DNA from: Candidatus Obscuribacteraceae bacterium
GTDB lineage: Bacteria; Cyanobacteriota; Vampirovibrionia; Obscuribacterales; Obscuribacteraceae
Direction: 5' to 3'
Length of the DNA stretch: 64,000 bases
NCBI GenBank assembly: GCA_044226015.1
Contig: JBGAHS010000009.1
Location: forward strand, 192,001 to 256,000
Shown: one piece after another, positions 1 through 9,389 of the stretch
How positions within the stretch are numbered: the first letter of the stretch is position 1
Layout: each line of letters opens with the position of its first letter
Position numbers and translations under genes: made by a program
The notes under the pieces: model-generated
Told to the model about the DNA's origin: nothing
Database searches by the model: none
The model's input: only the letters and a program-made list of their open reading frames with translations

Positions 1-73
1 TAGCCCCGTGAGTGAGGAGCGATAAGCGAGGAAGCGATGCCTGCTTCAGCGCGCAAGAAAGAGAAGACAAGCA

Positions 74-187
74 ATGAAAGTTAGAGCTTCAGTCAAGAAA
101 ATTTGTGAAAAGTGCAAGGTAATTCGTCGTAAAGGACGAGTCGCAATCATTTGCGAAAACCCCAAGCATAAGCAACGCCAGGGTTAA
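74..187 (+). CDS. rpmJ: 50S ribosomal protein L36 (zinc-ribbon, C+ form)
   Basis: Not in the ORF track (too short). Manual translation [37 protein letters not shown]; directly upstream of rpsM. Confidence 0.98.
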   Translation: MKVRASVKKICEKCKVIRRKGRVAIICENPKHKQRQG

Positions 188-256
188 TACCGGCTCGCCG
201 AAAGGCGAAATGTTTGACGTTCGATGTATATAACCCCCGAAAGGGATGGAGGATAG

Positions 257-637
257 ATGGCTCGCATAGCGGGTGTTGACCTGCCAAGAAACAAAAAAGT
301 CTACATAGCGCTTCGCTACCTATATGGTGTCGGACCTACTGGTGCTGCAAAAATTTGCGAAAAGCTGAGTATTGCAGACCACAAGCGTGTACAAGACCTC
401 ACAGAAGATGAAGTCAACCGTATTCGTGAAGAGATAGACAAGAACTGGCAGGTGGAGGGTGACCTCCGTCGTGTCGAAGGTCTCAATGTTAAGAGACTTA
501 TCGAGATCAACTGCTTCCGTGGTCAACGTCACCGCAAGGGTCTACCGACCCGCGGTCAGAGAACGAAGACCAATGCTCGTACAAGACGTGGACGCAAGCG
601 CGTCACCGTTGCCAACAAAAAAGTCGCTACCAAGTAG
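257..637 (+). CDS. rpsM: 30S ribosomal protein S13
   Basis: [13 protein letters not shown]...[22 protein letters not shown] at 248-252. Confidence 0.99.
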   Translation: MARIAGVDLPRNKKVYIALRYLYGVGPTGAAKICEKLSIADHKRVQDLTEDEVNRIREEIDKNWQVEGDLRRVEGLNVKRLIEINCFRGQRHRKGLPTRGQRTKTNARTRRGRKRVTVANKKVATK

Positions 638-796
638 CACTAGTCGAGTTGATTGCGATTGCAGGATCGCAATCAACGACGAGTTTAAAAGGCATAACGA
701 CGATTACGGATCAAGTATTAGGGAAACGAGCCTGTGGCTAAACCCAGGCAGTATGCGGAGTAATCCGCACAACGTAAAAAAGGACCAAAGACAGAA

Positions 797-1189
797 ATGG
801 CTAAAGCACCAAAAGCAAGAGCTAAGAAAAAAGACCGCCGCGTAGTACTTGAAGGCGTTGTACATATTCAATCAACCTTCAATAACACCATTGTCAGTGC
901 CACAGACCCGGTCGGAGCGGTTATCGCATGGGCCTCGGCAGGTACGGTAGGATTCAAGGGCGCCAAGAAAGGCACTCCGTTTGCTGCTCAGCAAGCTGCA
1001 GAATCCGTAGCAAAGCGTTCGATGGACCAGGGCATGCGCAAGTGTGAAGTGCTGGTTAAGGGACCGGGAGCCGGACGTGAAACGGCAATTCGTGCTCTTC
1101 AATCATCGGGGCTTGAGATTACGTTGATCCGTGACTGCACACCGATTCCACATAACGGTTGCCGTCCACCAAAGAGACGTCGCGTGTAA
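797..1189 (+). CDS. rpsK: 30S ribosomal protein S11
   Basis: [40 protein letters not shown]. Confidence 0.99.
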   Translation: MAKAPKARAKKKDRRVVLEGVVHIQSTFNNTIVSATDPVGAVIAWASAGTVGFKGAKKGTPFAAQQAAESVAKRSMDQGMRKCEVLVKGPGAGRETAIRALQSSGLEITLIRDCTPIPHNGCRPPKRRRV

Positions 1190-1244
1190 TACACGGAACC
1201 AATTGCAGTAAGCATTGGAACCGCATTTTTGAGGAGATACGGCA

Positions 1245-1868
1245 TTGGCCAGGTATTGTGATTCAGTATGCAAATTGTGCCGCAACGAAGGCACCAAACT
1301 CTTTTTGAAGGGCTCACGTTGCTATAGCAGCAAGTGCGCCATCGAGCGCCGTCGCTACCCTTCAGGTCAGCACGGTCAGGAAAGAAAGAAGCAATCCGAG
1401 TATGCGATTCAGCTTCGTGAGAAACAGAAAGTTCGTCGTGGTTATGGCGTTCTTGAAAGACAATTCTCACGTTATTTCGAATCTGCATCGCGTCAGAAAG
1501 CAGTTCCAACAGGTCTGCGTTTGCTTCAGCTTCTTGAAGTACGTCTCGACAACATCGTCCACCGTTCTGGCATGGTGCCATCGCGCGCTCAAGCCAGACA
1601 GCTCATTTTGCACGGTCACGTTACCGTCGATGGAAATGTTGTCACCGTTCCTTCTCTCCAGTTGAAGGTTAATCAAGTCGTTTCTGTTAAAGACAAGAGC
1701 AAGTCTCTCGTCAAAAAGCTGATCGCCGACAATCCTTCTGCAGGCGCACCGAGATGGGTGTCAGCTGACCTTGAAAATCTCAAAGTGTCAGTTCAACAGC
1801 TTCCAGCTCGTGAAGATTTAGACCAAACAATTAAAGAAGCGCTCATAGTTGAATTCTATTCGCGTTAA
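1245..1868 (+). CDS. rpsD: 30S ribosomal protein S4 (Cys-containing zinc-binding form)
   Basis: MARY...CKLCRNEG..LFLKGSRC...KC, QLREKQK, LEVRLDNIV, IVEFYSR; TTG start after GAGGAG. Confidence 0.98.
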   Translation: MARYCDSVCKLCRNEGTKLFLKGSRCYSSKCAIERRRYPSGQHGQERKKQSEYAIQLREKQKVRRGYGVLERQFSRYFESASRQKAVPTGLRLLQLLEVRLDNIVHRSGMVPSRAQARQLILHGHVTVDGNVVTVPSLQLKVNQVVSVKDKSKSLVKKLIADNPSAGAPRWVSADLENLKVSVQQLPAREDLDQTIKEALIVEFYSR

Positions 1869-1901
1869 TTCATAACAAGCCTTCAAGGAGAAACTGGACG
1901 A

Positions 1902-2858
1902 ATGTACGGAGTAAGCATCGAACCGCTCAAGATCAAGTGCCTGGAAAACAAAACCGGCACCGATGGATCTATTTATGGCAAGTTCGTAATTGAGCCACTG
2001 GAAAGAGGATATGGCACCACTGTGGGCAACTCGTTGCGCAGAGTATTGCTGAGCTCTCTTGAAGGTGCATCTGTTACTGCAGTAAGAATGGAAGGTGTCA
2101 CCCACGAATTCACCACCATTCCGGGTGTTGTTGAAGATGTAATCGACATCATGCTCAACTTGAAAGGTCTTGTTGTTAAGTCATTTAGCAACGACCCACA
2201 ATATCTGCATATCGATTTGCAGCGCTCAGGTCCGGTCACCGGCCGCGATATCATCTGCCCAGCAGACGTGACAATCATCAATCCTGATTGGCAAATCTGC
2301 ACATTGGCTGAAGATGGTCGCATCCGCGCTGAAATCACAGTAGAGCGTGGTCGCGGTTATGTACCGGCTGATCAACACAGCCACTACAAGCAAGCTATCG
2401 ACGTATTGCCAATCGACGCAGTATTCATGCCGATTCGCAAAGTCAGCTATAACGTCGAGCCGACCCGCGTTGGCGAGTCAACCGACTACGACAAACTGAC
2501 AATCGACCTCTGGAGCAATGGCTCAATCGACGCAACCGAAGCAATCAGCCAGGCTGCTCGTCAATTGATCGACCACCTCGTTCCAATCGCTGAACTTTCC
2601 GGAAGACCAGTAGTACCGGTTGCACCACAACCAACACAGTCTGATGGCAAGCATCATTCAATCTCTATCGAAGAATTGGAACTCTCAGTAAGAGCTTATA
2701 ACTGCTTGAAGAGAGCCAATATTCATTCACTCGGTGAGCTTCTCAAACTAAGTTACGATGATTTGATGAACATCAAAAACTTCGGTAAGAAGTCTGCCGA
2801 CGAAGTAATCGAACGTCTCAGACAATTTGGTTTGGGTCTTTCAGACACCGCCAAATAA
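1902..2858 (+). CDS. rpoA: RNA polymerase subunit alpha
   Basis: EPLERGYGTTVGNSLRRVLLSS, HEFTTIPGVVEDV, alpha-CTD LELSVRAYNCLKRANI...KNFGKKS. Confidence 0.99.
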   Translation: MYGVSIEPLKIKCLENKTGTDGSIYGKFVIEPLERGYGTTVGNSLRRVLLSSLEGASVTAVRMEGVTHEFTTIPGVVEDVIDIMLNLKGLVVKSFSNDPQYLHIDLQRSGPVTGRDIICPADVTIINPDWQICTLAEDGRIRAEITVERGRGYVPADQHSHYKQAIDVLPIDAVFMPIRKVSYNVEPTRVGESTDYDKLTIDLWSNGSIDATEAISQAARQLIDHLVPIAELSGRPVVPVAPQPTQSDGKHHSISIEELELSVRAYNCLKRANIHSLGELLKLSYDDLMNIKNFGKKSADEVIERLRQFGLGLSDTAK

Positions 2859-2879
2859 GCACTAAAAGGAATTGGAATT

Positions 2880-3329
2880 ATGCGTCACCGCAAACCAGGA
2901 AATCGTCTAAGCCGCCCGCAAGACCAGAACAATGCAATTCTTCGCGCTCTGGCTACCGAGCTTCTTCGTCACGATGAAATCGTCACCACTTTGTCAAAAG
3001 CAAAAGCTGTTCGCAGCCATGCAGAAAAGATGATTACGCTTGCTAAGCATGGTCGTCTGGCTGACAAAGAAACGCTCTACAAAAACGCTAAGAGTGAAGA
3101 TGCTGCAGTTGCAAGCGAAGCTTCAAAAGCAATTGCTAAGCATGTTCATAAACGTCGTCAAATGCAAGCTTTCATCTATGACAAAGATGTGGTCAGCCGC
3201 ACTTTTGATGAAATCGCTCCGCGTTATGAAAAGCGTAACGGTGGCTACACACGTATCGTGAAGACTCACTTCCGTCGTGGTGATGCTGCTCCGATGGCTC
3301 TTATTCAGTTGGTTGAAGCTGACAAATAG
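2880..3329 (+). CDS. rplQ: 50S ribosomal protein L17 with internal insertion
   Basis: MRHRK..., IVTTLSKAK, RNGGYTRIVK..RRGDAAPMALIQLV. Confidence 0.98.
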   Translation: MRHRKPGNRLSRPQDQNNAILRALATELLRHDEIVTTLSKAKAVRSHAEKMITLAKHGRLADKETLYKNAKSEDAAVASEASKAIAKHVHKRRQMQAFIYDKDVVSRTFDEIAPRYEKRNGGYTRIVKTHFRRGDAAPMALIQLVEADK

Positions 3330-3351
3330 TCAGTTCTGACCTATTCGATTT

Positions 3352-3376
3352 GGGCAGCCGCCTGGCTGCCCTTTTT
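3352..3376 (+). terminator. Intrinsic terminator after rplQ
   Basis: GGGCAGCC-gcct-GGCTGCCC followed by TTTTT. Confidence 0.8.
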
Positions 3377-3526
3377 GTTATGGGACCTGAATCGGTTGGA
3401 ATCCGATCTGAGTGAATCTGTCCTTTTCTTTTGTATGTCGTTTCTTGTTTTGACAGTCAAGAATTCGCCAGATCCGAAGTCGCCAGGATGGCGGGGCCCA
3501 GACCGAACTGAACGAAGAAGATGTAG

Positions 3527-4459
3527 ATGAGTACGAGAAGAATAGCCGTAAAAATGGAGTACGCTGGCGAAAAGTTCAGCGGCTCTCAAATGCAGGCCAA
3601 CGCTCGTACTGTGCAGGAAGATTTTGAGAAAGCTCTAAACGTACTTTTTCGCACTGGAAGCACTCGAAGCATCAAGGCGACCTTATGTGGACGAACAGAT
3701 GCCGGCGTCAATGCAAGAGGGCAGGTCGCTCATTTTGACCTTGATGACGAGTTTCTTTTGCGTTGTTTTTCAGTACTGGCGGCAGATGGCAAACAGTTGG
3801 CTCATAGTGGACGTGCCAACATGGTAATTTCGCTTGATGAGCTTGAGAAGCCAATTGTGGATTCAGAAGTCTTGCGAAGAATGTGTTGGGCACTTAACGG
3901 CATTCTGGAAAAAGACATCAGTATTGTCGAGGCTCAGGTCGTTCCGGACAAATTCAACGCCAGATTTACTGCGGTTAAGAGAACATATTTGTATCGTATC
4001 CTTAATAGAGAGCAAAGGACGGCGATAGGTCACAAAGAGCAACATTTTATTCCGTTTCAGCTCGATGTTGATGCAATGAAAGTGGCTGCTGAAGCGCTTC
4101 TCGGCAAGCATGACTTCAGCGCATTTAAGTCTTCTAATGCTGATTTGCGAACCACAATCTGCCGCGTTGAGCGCGCTGAATTATTGAAGAAAGGTGAATC
4201 TGAGCTTGAATTCTGGATTTCAGCCAATCACTTCGTTTACAATATGGTGCGCATTATTGTCGGGACGTTAATAGACGTTGGACTCGGCAAACGCGCACCG
4301 TCGGTCATCGCTGATGCTTTGGCTGCGAAGGACAGGCAATTTGCCGGACCCACCGCACCGCCTTGGGGGCTCTGTCTTTATTCGGTAGATTACCCGGCTG
4401 AGTACAAATTGTTTGAGAGAGAGACCAGAGAAGGTTCTCTAATTAGTCAGGAGAAATGA
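3527..4459 (+). CDS. truA: tRNA pseudouridine(38-40) synthase
   Basis: GRTDAGV catalytic motif, FNARF.A..RTY.Y, GKHDFSAF, FVYNMVRIIVGTL, GPTAPPWGL. Confidence 0.97.
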   Translation: MSTRRIAVKMEYAGEKFSGSQMQANARTVQEDFEKALNVLFRTGSTRSIKATLCGRTDAGVNARGQVAHFDLDDEFLLRCFSVLAADGKQLAHSGRANMVISLDELEKPIVDSEVLRRMCWALNGILEKDISIVEAQVVPDKFNARFTAVKRTYLYRILNREQRTAIGHKEQHFIPFQLDVDAMKVAAEALLGKHDFSAFKSSNADLRTTICRVERAELLKKGESELEFWISANHFVYNMVRIIVGTLIDVGLGKRAPSVIADALAAKDRQFAGPTAPPWGLCLYSVDYPAEYKLFERETREGSLISQEK

Positions 4460-4462
4460 GTC

Positions 4463-4894
4463 GTGAAAACCACAGTGCCTAAGGTAGAAGATGTCCAGCG
4501 CGACTGGTACGTCGTTGACGCAGAAGGCCAGACATTGGGCAGGCTGGCGGTGCAAGTTGCCAACGTTCTTCGTGGCAAGCATAAGCCCATCTTCACTCCG
4601 CACATGGATTGTGGCGATTTCGTAGTTATCGTCAACGCTGAAAAAATCCAGCTTAGCGGAAACAAAGAAACCCAGAAGCTTTATCGTCACCACTCTGGAT
4701 ATCCAGGTGGTTTCAAAATCGAAACTGCAAAAGCATTGAGAGAGCGTCGCCCAGATCAATTGGTTGAGCGCGCTGTCAAAGGCATGCTCCCACACACCAG
4801 ATTGGGCGCTCGCCAATTCACCAAATTGAAAGTTTATGTTGGCGGCGAGCATCCACATGCTGCTCAAAACCCAAAGGCTTTGGAAATCAAATAG
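4463..4894 (+). CDS. rplM: 50S ribosomal protein L13
   Basis: [48 protein letters not shown] start. Confidence 0.99.
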   Translation: MKTTVPKVEDVQRDWYVVDAEGQTLGRLAVQVANVLRGKHKPIFTPHMDCGDFVVIVNAEKIQLSGNKETQKLYRHHSGYPGGFKIETAKALRERRPDQLVERAVKGMLPHTRLGARQFTKLKVYVGGEHPHAAQNPKALEIK

Positions 4895-4941
4895 TCAATT
4901 AGTGTAGCCAGCAAGGCAGGAAGAAAAGGAAAGATATTGCG

Positions 4942-5340
4942 ATGACAAGCGTAATTCAGTATTACGGAACCGGAAGAAGAAAAACAGCGACCGCTCGCGT
5001 TCGTCTCGTTCCAGGTACCGGCAAGGTCACAATCAACAACAGAACCGTTGAAGATTATGTTGGCAATCGTCCAGGTCTCGCTCGTGAAATCGGATTGCCA
5101 TTTGAAATCGCTGATGCTCAGGGACGTTTTGACGTAATCGTCAACGTTTGTGGCGGCGGAATTTCCGGACAGGTCGGTGCGATTCGTCACGGTATCTCCA
5201 GAGCCCTTGCAGAAGCAGCTCCTCAGAACCGTCCATTGCTCCGCACAATTGACTTACTCACTCGTGACCCACGCGTCAAAGAGCGTAAGAAATATGGTCG
5301 TAAGCGTGCTCGTAAGCGTTTCCAATTCAGCAAGCGCTAA
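4942..5340 (+). CDS. rpsI: 30S ribosomal protein S9
   Basis: YYGTGRRKTATARV, GGGISGQ, LTRDPRVKERKKYG..ARKRFQFSKR. Confidence 0.99.
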   Translation: MTSVIQYYGTGRRKTATARVRLVPGTGKVTINNRTVEDYVGNRPGLAREIGLPFEIADAQGRFDVIVNVCGGGISGQVGAIRHGISRALAEAAPQNRPLLRTIDLLTRDPRVKERKKYGRKRARKRFQFSKR

Positions 5341-5368
5341 TTTGTCAGAGCAGCACAAAGAATCGAAG

Positions 5369-5396
5369 AAGGTCCAGCATTTGCTGGACCTTTTTT
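5369..5396 (+). terminator. Intrinsic terminator of the ribosomal cluster
   Basis: GGTCCAGC-attt-GCTGGACC followed by TTTTTT. Confidence 0.88.
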
Positions 5397-5430
5397 GTAC
5401 AATCAGCTTGCTGCACCATAGGAGTTACGC

Positions 5431-6087
5431 ATGCGTGATTTAGTCATTTTTGGAACCACCGGACTGGCTGAACTTCTGCATTTCTTCTTTACTAATGACT
5501 CTGAATATTCCGTCAAAGCATTTACGGTTGACCGTGATTTCTTGACTGAGACAAGCTATCTCGGATTGCCGGTAGTTCCTTTTGACGAGGTCACGCAGCA
5601 TTTTTCCCCATCAGAATTTGGAATGGCGGTGGCTGTTGGTCCCAAGAAAATAAATGGAATTCGCAAGGAAAAATACCTTGCTGCAAAATCCATGGGCTAT
5701 AAACTGGCTTCCTATGTCAGTTCACGCAGCTCAATTTGGAACACCACAGTTGGTGAAAACACATTCGTATTTGAAAATTCAGTGATTCAACCTTTCGTAG
5801 AGATAGGCAATAACGTTATCGTCTGGAGCACAAATCACCTCGGCTACCACTCGGTCATTCGCGATCATGTCTTCATATCAGCCCATGTTGTTATTGGTGG
5901 TGGCGTTGAAATCGGTGAACAGTGCTTTCTGGGACTCAACAGCACAATTAGGGACCATGTTAGGGTTGGCGAGCGCTGCCTCGTTGGCGCTGGAGCTCTA
6001 ATTTTGGGGGACACGCCAGCCGATGGCTTCTTCCGTGTCGGTGGTACTCCTCGTCTGACGAAAGACAATTCCTCCATTCATCTGTAA
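5431..6087 (+). CDS. NeuD/PglD-family sugar O-acetyltransferase (hexapeptide left-handed beta-helix)
   Basis: N-terminal Rossmann-like LVIFGTTGLA; hexapeptide repeats VGENTF/IGNNVI/IRDHVF/IGEQCF/VGERCL; GGAG RBS. Confidence 0.85.
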   Translation: MRDLVIFGTTGLAELLHFFFTNDSEYSVKAFTVDRDFLTETSYLGLPVVPFDEVTQHFSPSEFGMAVAVGPKKINGIRKEKYLAAKSMGYKLASYVSSRSSIWNTTVGENTFVFENSVIQPFVEIGNNVIVWSTNHLGYHSVIRDHVFISAHVVIGGGVEIGEQCFLGLNSTIRDHVRVGERCLVGAGALILGDTPADGFFRVGGTPRLTKDNSSIHL

Positions 6088-6231
6088 GCTCTCGCAAATA
6101 CAACGTTTTAGAGTTTTACTCGTCGTAAGGCTTCCTGGAAGTCGTCAGGATTTGTTGATTTTTGCTATTCTGCGGATTATAGACCCCGTCTTCCGGGCAC
6201 TATATTTGGGGATTTGAAACGGGTGGTATGC

Positions 6232-7875
6232 ATGAAAAGCAAAAACGTGGATAGATTCATACTGGCAGCGTCATTGTCGCTTCTCTCTTTTGCCATTCTG
6301 TTGCCTGCGACTGATGCCGCAGCAACAAAAAAAGAGAACGCAATGCTGAAGATTGCAAATGGTCTGTCTGTAGAGAAGAAGTATCCGCAAGCAATCGATT
6401 ATTACAAGAAAGCAATTGCTGCAGAGCCTAACAATGCGGATTGCTATCACTTTTATGGTCGAACATTGGCGCAGATGGGGTTGGTTTATGACGCCATTCG
6501 TGAATACCAGAACGCTTTGCGTCTGAAGCCAAACGATGCTGAACTTTATAACGACATCGGTTGCGCTCTGGTCGTAAATGAAGATGTAAGAGAGGGCGCA
6601 AGGTATATCAGGCGAGCTACGCAGCTCAACGATAAGTTCATAGCGGCTTACAACAATTTAGGTGCTGCTCTGCAAAAGCTTGGCGATTATAAGTCGGCAC
6701 AAGATATGTTCTTTAAGTCATTGAAGCTTCAGCCTACAAATCCAGTAATACAAAAACGCTTTGCTTTGTGCAAAGCAAAAGCGAATGAAAGTAAGCCTTT
6801 TGATTTTGGTGCGCCAATTTCACCGAAAGAGCCGATTTTTAGAACCCGAGAGACTGTGCGAACAGAGACGAAGGCACCTGGCATCGTCGTTGCAACACCA
6901 GATGAGACGAAAGGTGCTGATGAAGCTGCACCAAATGCGGTATCGGGACCTAGCGGCGCTTTGAAGCCACCTGACTCTGCCGCCCAGCCTGTAGGAGCCT
7001 TGAAGCCTCCAGTCCAACCCGCTGGGGCGATGAAGACAGCTGCTCCACCGGCGGCTCAGACTCAAGCTCCAACAGCGACAGGCACGCCAAGCCCAGCACC
7101 CGGCAAGCCGGCAGTACCAGCAGCGACTACAGCAGTCCATAAGCCTGTGTCCAACTCTGGCAGCAAGCCCAGTTCAAGTGAACCTGTCGGGGCGCTTAAA
7201 TCGCCAGATGCCACCGAGTCCCCCTCAGTGCCGGTGAAGGCTGCTCAGCCTCAAAAAACGCCAGCTACTAGCAAAGCAACAGTGCATGAACCGGCAACTA
7301 AGACTACATCTGTCAGCTCATCTCCTGCAACATCTGTGAAAAAGACTCCCTCTGGTGCTGCCGTCTCCAGCCCTCCAGTCTTTTCTGGTCCACCGACGCA
7401 AAATGCTTCGCCAAGTTTTGTACCCGAAGGTGTGAGCACAAAACTTGATGACGGCTCAAGTTCGACTGCTCCTGCGAATCCTTCAAATTCTGGTGATTTT
7501 AAAGTGGTACCAGCTCCTAAGGACATAGAAGCTTCTGGCACCGCTAGTGGTGAACCGGACTCCAATACAGCTACAAGTAGCTCAACGGGAGCCCCTCCTG
7601 AGGCGGCAGGCTCAAGCTCGCCCGGTACTCCAGCTAGTTCATCGAGTCCTCCAGTTAGTCCACCCGCAGCTACTACTTCACCCACGGATCCATCTGGCAC
7701 TCAGACTCAGACCCCGTCCGCATCACGTTCTGGTACTACATCTGGTGAAACCGTTCCAACTGCTCCCCAATCCGATGGCAACTCAACAGCTGTTCCTTCA
7801 GGGCAAGACAGCAGTTCGTCTGGCACAAAGCCCAGTGAATCTGATGCTTCAAGTAAAGAAACGAATCGACAATAA
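6232..7875 (+). CDS. Exported TPR protein with long Pro/Ser/Thr/Ala-rich disordered tail
   Basis: Signal peptide (FILAASLSLLSFAILLPATDA); 3-4 TPRs (AIDYYKKAIAAEPNNA, YNNLGAALQKLG). Start ATG 6232 chosen; TTG 6214 possible. Confidence 0.8.
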   Translation: MKSKNVDRFILAASLSLLSFAILLPATDAAATKKENAMLKIANGLSVEKKYPQAIDYYKKAIAAEPNNADCYHFYGRTLAQMGLVYDAIREYQNALRLKPNDAELYNDIGCALVVNEDVREGARYIRRATQLNDKFIAAYNNLGAALQKLGDYKSAQDMFFKSLKLQPTNPVIQKRFALCKAKANESKPFDFGAPISPKEPIFRTRETVRTETKAPGIVVATPDETKGADEAAPNAVSGPSGALKPPDSAAQPVGALKPPVQPAGAMKTAAPPAAQTQAPTATGTPSPAPGKPAVPAATTAVHKPVSNSGSKPSSSEPVGALKSPDATESPSVPVKAAQPQKTPATSKATVHEPATKTTSVSSSPATSVKKTPSGAAVSSPPVFSGPPTQNASPSFVPEGVSTKLDDGSSSTAPANPSNSGDFKVVPAPKDIEASGTASGEPDSNTATSSSTGAPPEAAGSSSPGTPASSSSPPVSPPAATTSPTDPSGTQTQTPSASRSGTTSGETVPTAPQSDGNSTAVPSGQDSSSSGTKPSESDASSKETNRQ

Positions 7876-7877
7876 AA

Positions 7878-8519
7878 ATGCCAAGTCTGAATATATACTT
7901 GCTGCGGCACGGAGAAACTGAGTTTAGCAAGACCGGAGGCTTTTGTGGTTTTCTAGATGCAGAACTCAGTGCAGACGGACACCGCATGGCGGAGCAATTT
8001 GCTAACGCTTATGAAAGCCGAGACTGGAAGGCAATCTATTGCAGCAGTCTAAAACGCACTGTCGACACGGCTACTCCCCTTGCAAGACTAAAGGGTCTTG
8101 AACTCGAGAAGCGTGCTGGACTGAAGGAAATCAATTACGGTTTGTGGGAAGGTCTGACACACGACATCGTCATGGAAAAACATGCAGGCGACTATGAAAA
8201 ATGGGTTGCTGAGCCAGGCTGGAATTCACCTACAAACGGCGAAACCGCTTTTCAAATCGCTGAAAGAGCAATGAATGTGCTCAGTGAAATCATGCAGAAG
8301 CATAATTCTGGAGATGTTCTGCTCGTTTCGCACAAAGCAACGATTCGCATAATAATCTGCAGCTTGCTGGGCATTGAACTTGGTCGATATCGTGACAGAG
8401 TGAACGCGCTTGCTGGTTCGCTTGCGCACATAAAGTTGGCTGAGCATGGACCTATGCTCGAACTAATCAATGATCGCTCTTACATGAGTCAAGATTTGAA
8501 GGACAAGCCTGGCACCTGA
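7878..8519 (+). CDS. Histidine phosphatase (phosphoglycerate mutase superfamily)
   Basis: LLRHGET, SSLKRTVDTA, LKEINYGLWEG, GET, LVSH. Confidence 0.92.
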   Translation: MPSLNIYLLRHGETEFSKTGGFCGFLDAELSADGHRMAEQFANAYESRDWKAIYCSSLKRTVDTATPLARLKGLELEKRAGLKEINYGLWEGLTHDIVMEKHAGDYEKWVAEPGWNSPTNGETAFQIAERAMNVLSEIMQKHNSGDVLLVSHKATIRIIICSLLGIELGRYRDRVNALAGSLAHIKLAEHGPMLELINDRSYMSQDLKDKPGT

Positions 8520-8535
8520 GAATCTTCTTCTCAAA

Positions 8536-9327
8536 CTAGTAGTTGGCTTCTTGACCCTGGTCTTCTACGTTGTTTGCTGTCTGAGCAAAGAGAATGTAAG
8601 TGCCCATACCACCAGGATTCTTTAGTGGTTTTCCGTCGAAGCCTGCGCCCCAAACGTATATATTTCCTTGACCATCACCGTAACCATATATGGTGCCAGG
8701 TTGTCCTGTCCAATTTAGAGGCGGGCTCTTGCGATATTCATCAAGTGTTGTGGGATTGATACTTTGATCCATCGCAAGTTGGATGCGATGCGCGTTGTCT
8801 GCTGTGAGCTCAGCCGTCCATTCATCATTTGCGACAGGTCCAGAGGTGTTTGGAGTGCCATCTGAATTGTAGTAGTACGACAGACCAGGAGACAGACCGT
8901 TAAGTTCACCATCCTGCACAGCACCAATTGCATTTGCGTAAGGATTTGAACCAACGAGTTCAGTCAACTGCACTTCCGCGGCTCTTTCTATGGTGCCTGA
9001 ACTTCCATAGTTTCCTGGAAAACGGTTTTGATTGCGCAGGCAGAACTCTTGTAACCAGCCCGCGACTTTCTGAATTTGTCGGCGCATTTCGTCGTCGTCG
9101 CTTTGAAGTAGAGCTTTCATTTGCTCTCTTTGAGCGGCTGCGCTCGCGCCGCTATTTTTCTTGGTGTAGCTTTGAGCGTTCGAACTGAAATCTGAGAAAA
9201 GCGGTTTGTCAGACTCAGAAGGGAAAAGGCTGTTGCCGAAAAGTTCATCAGCGTGAACCGCATTTGCTGAGCACAAAAGAAACACTGAACTCAGAATCGA
9301 TTGAGCGATGCCAGCTCTTTTCATCAT
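8536..9327 (-). CDS. Exported hypothetical protein (possible pilin-like head)
   Basis: Sec-type signal ending AVHA; AGGAG RBS; 263-aa ORF. Confidence 0.7.
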   Translation of the reverse strand: MMKRAGIAQSILSSVFLLCSANAVHADELFGNSLFPSESDKPLFSDFSSNAQSYTKKNSGASAAAQREQMKALLQSDDDEMRRQIQKVAGWLQEFCLRNQNRFPGNYGSSGTIERAAEVQLTELVGSNPYANAIGAVQDGELNGLSPGLSYYYNSDGTPNTSGPVANDEWTAELTADNAHRIQLAMDQSINPTTLDEYRKSPPLNWTGQPGTIYGYGDGQGNIYVWGAGFDGKPLKNPGGMGTYILFAQTANNVEDQGQEANY

Positions 9328-9389
9328 CTACTCCTTGAGAAAATTCCATCCTGAATTATATGGTATTGAGATCTCAGGATACGGGAGTA

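Noticed and set aside
459..845. 128-aa ORF bridging rpsM and rpsK
   Set aside because: Out-of-frame overlap with two conserved genes; the spacer is better explained as structured RNA.
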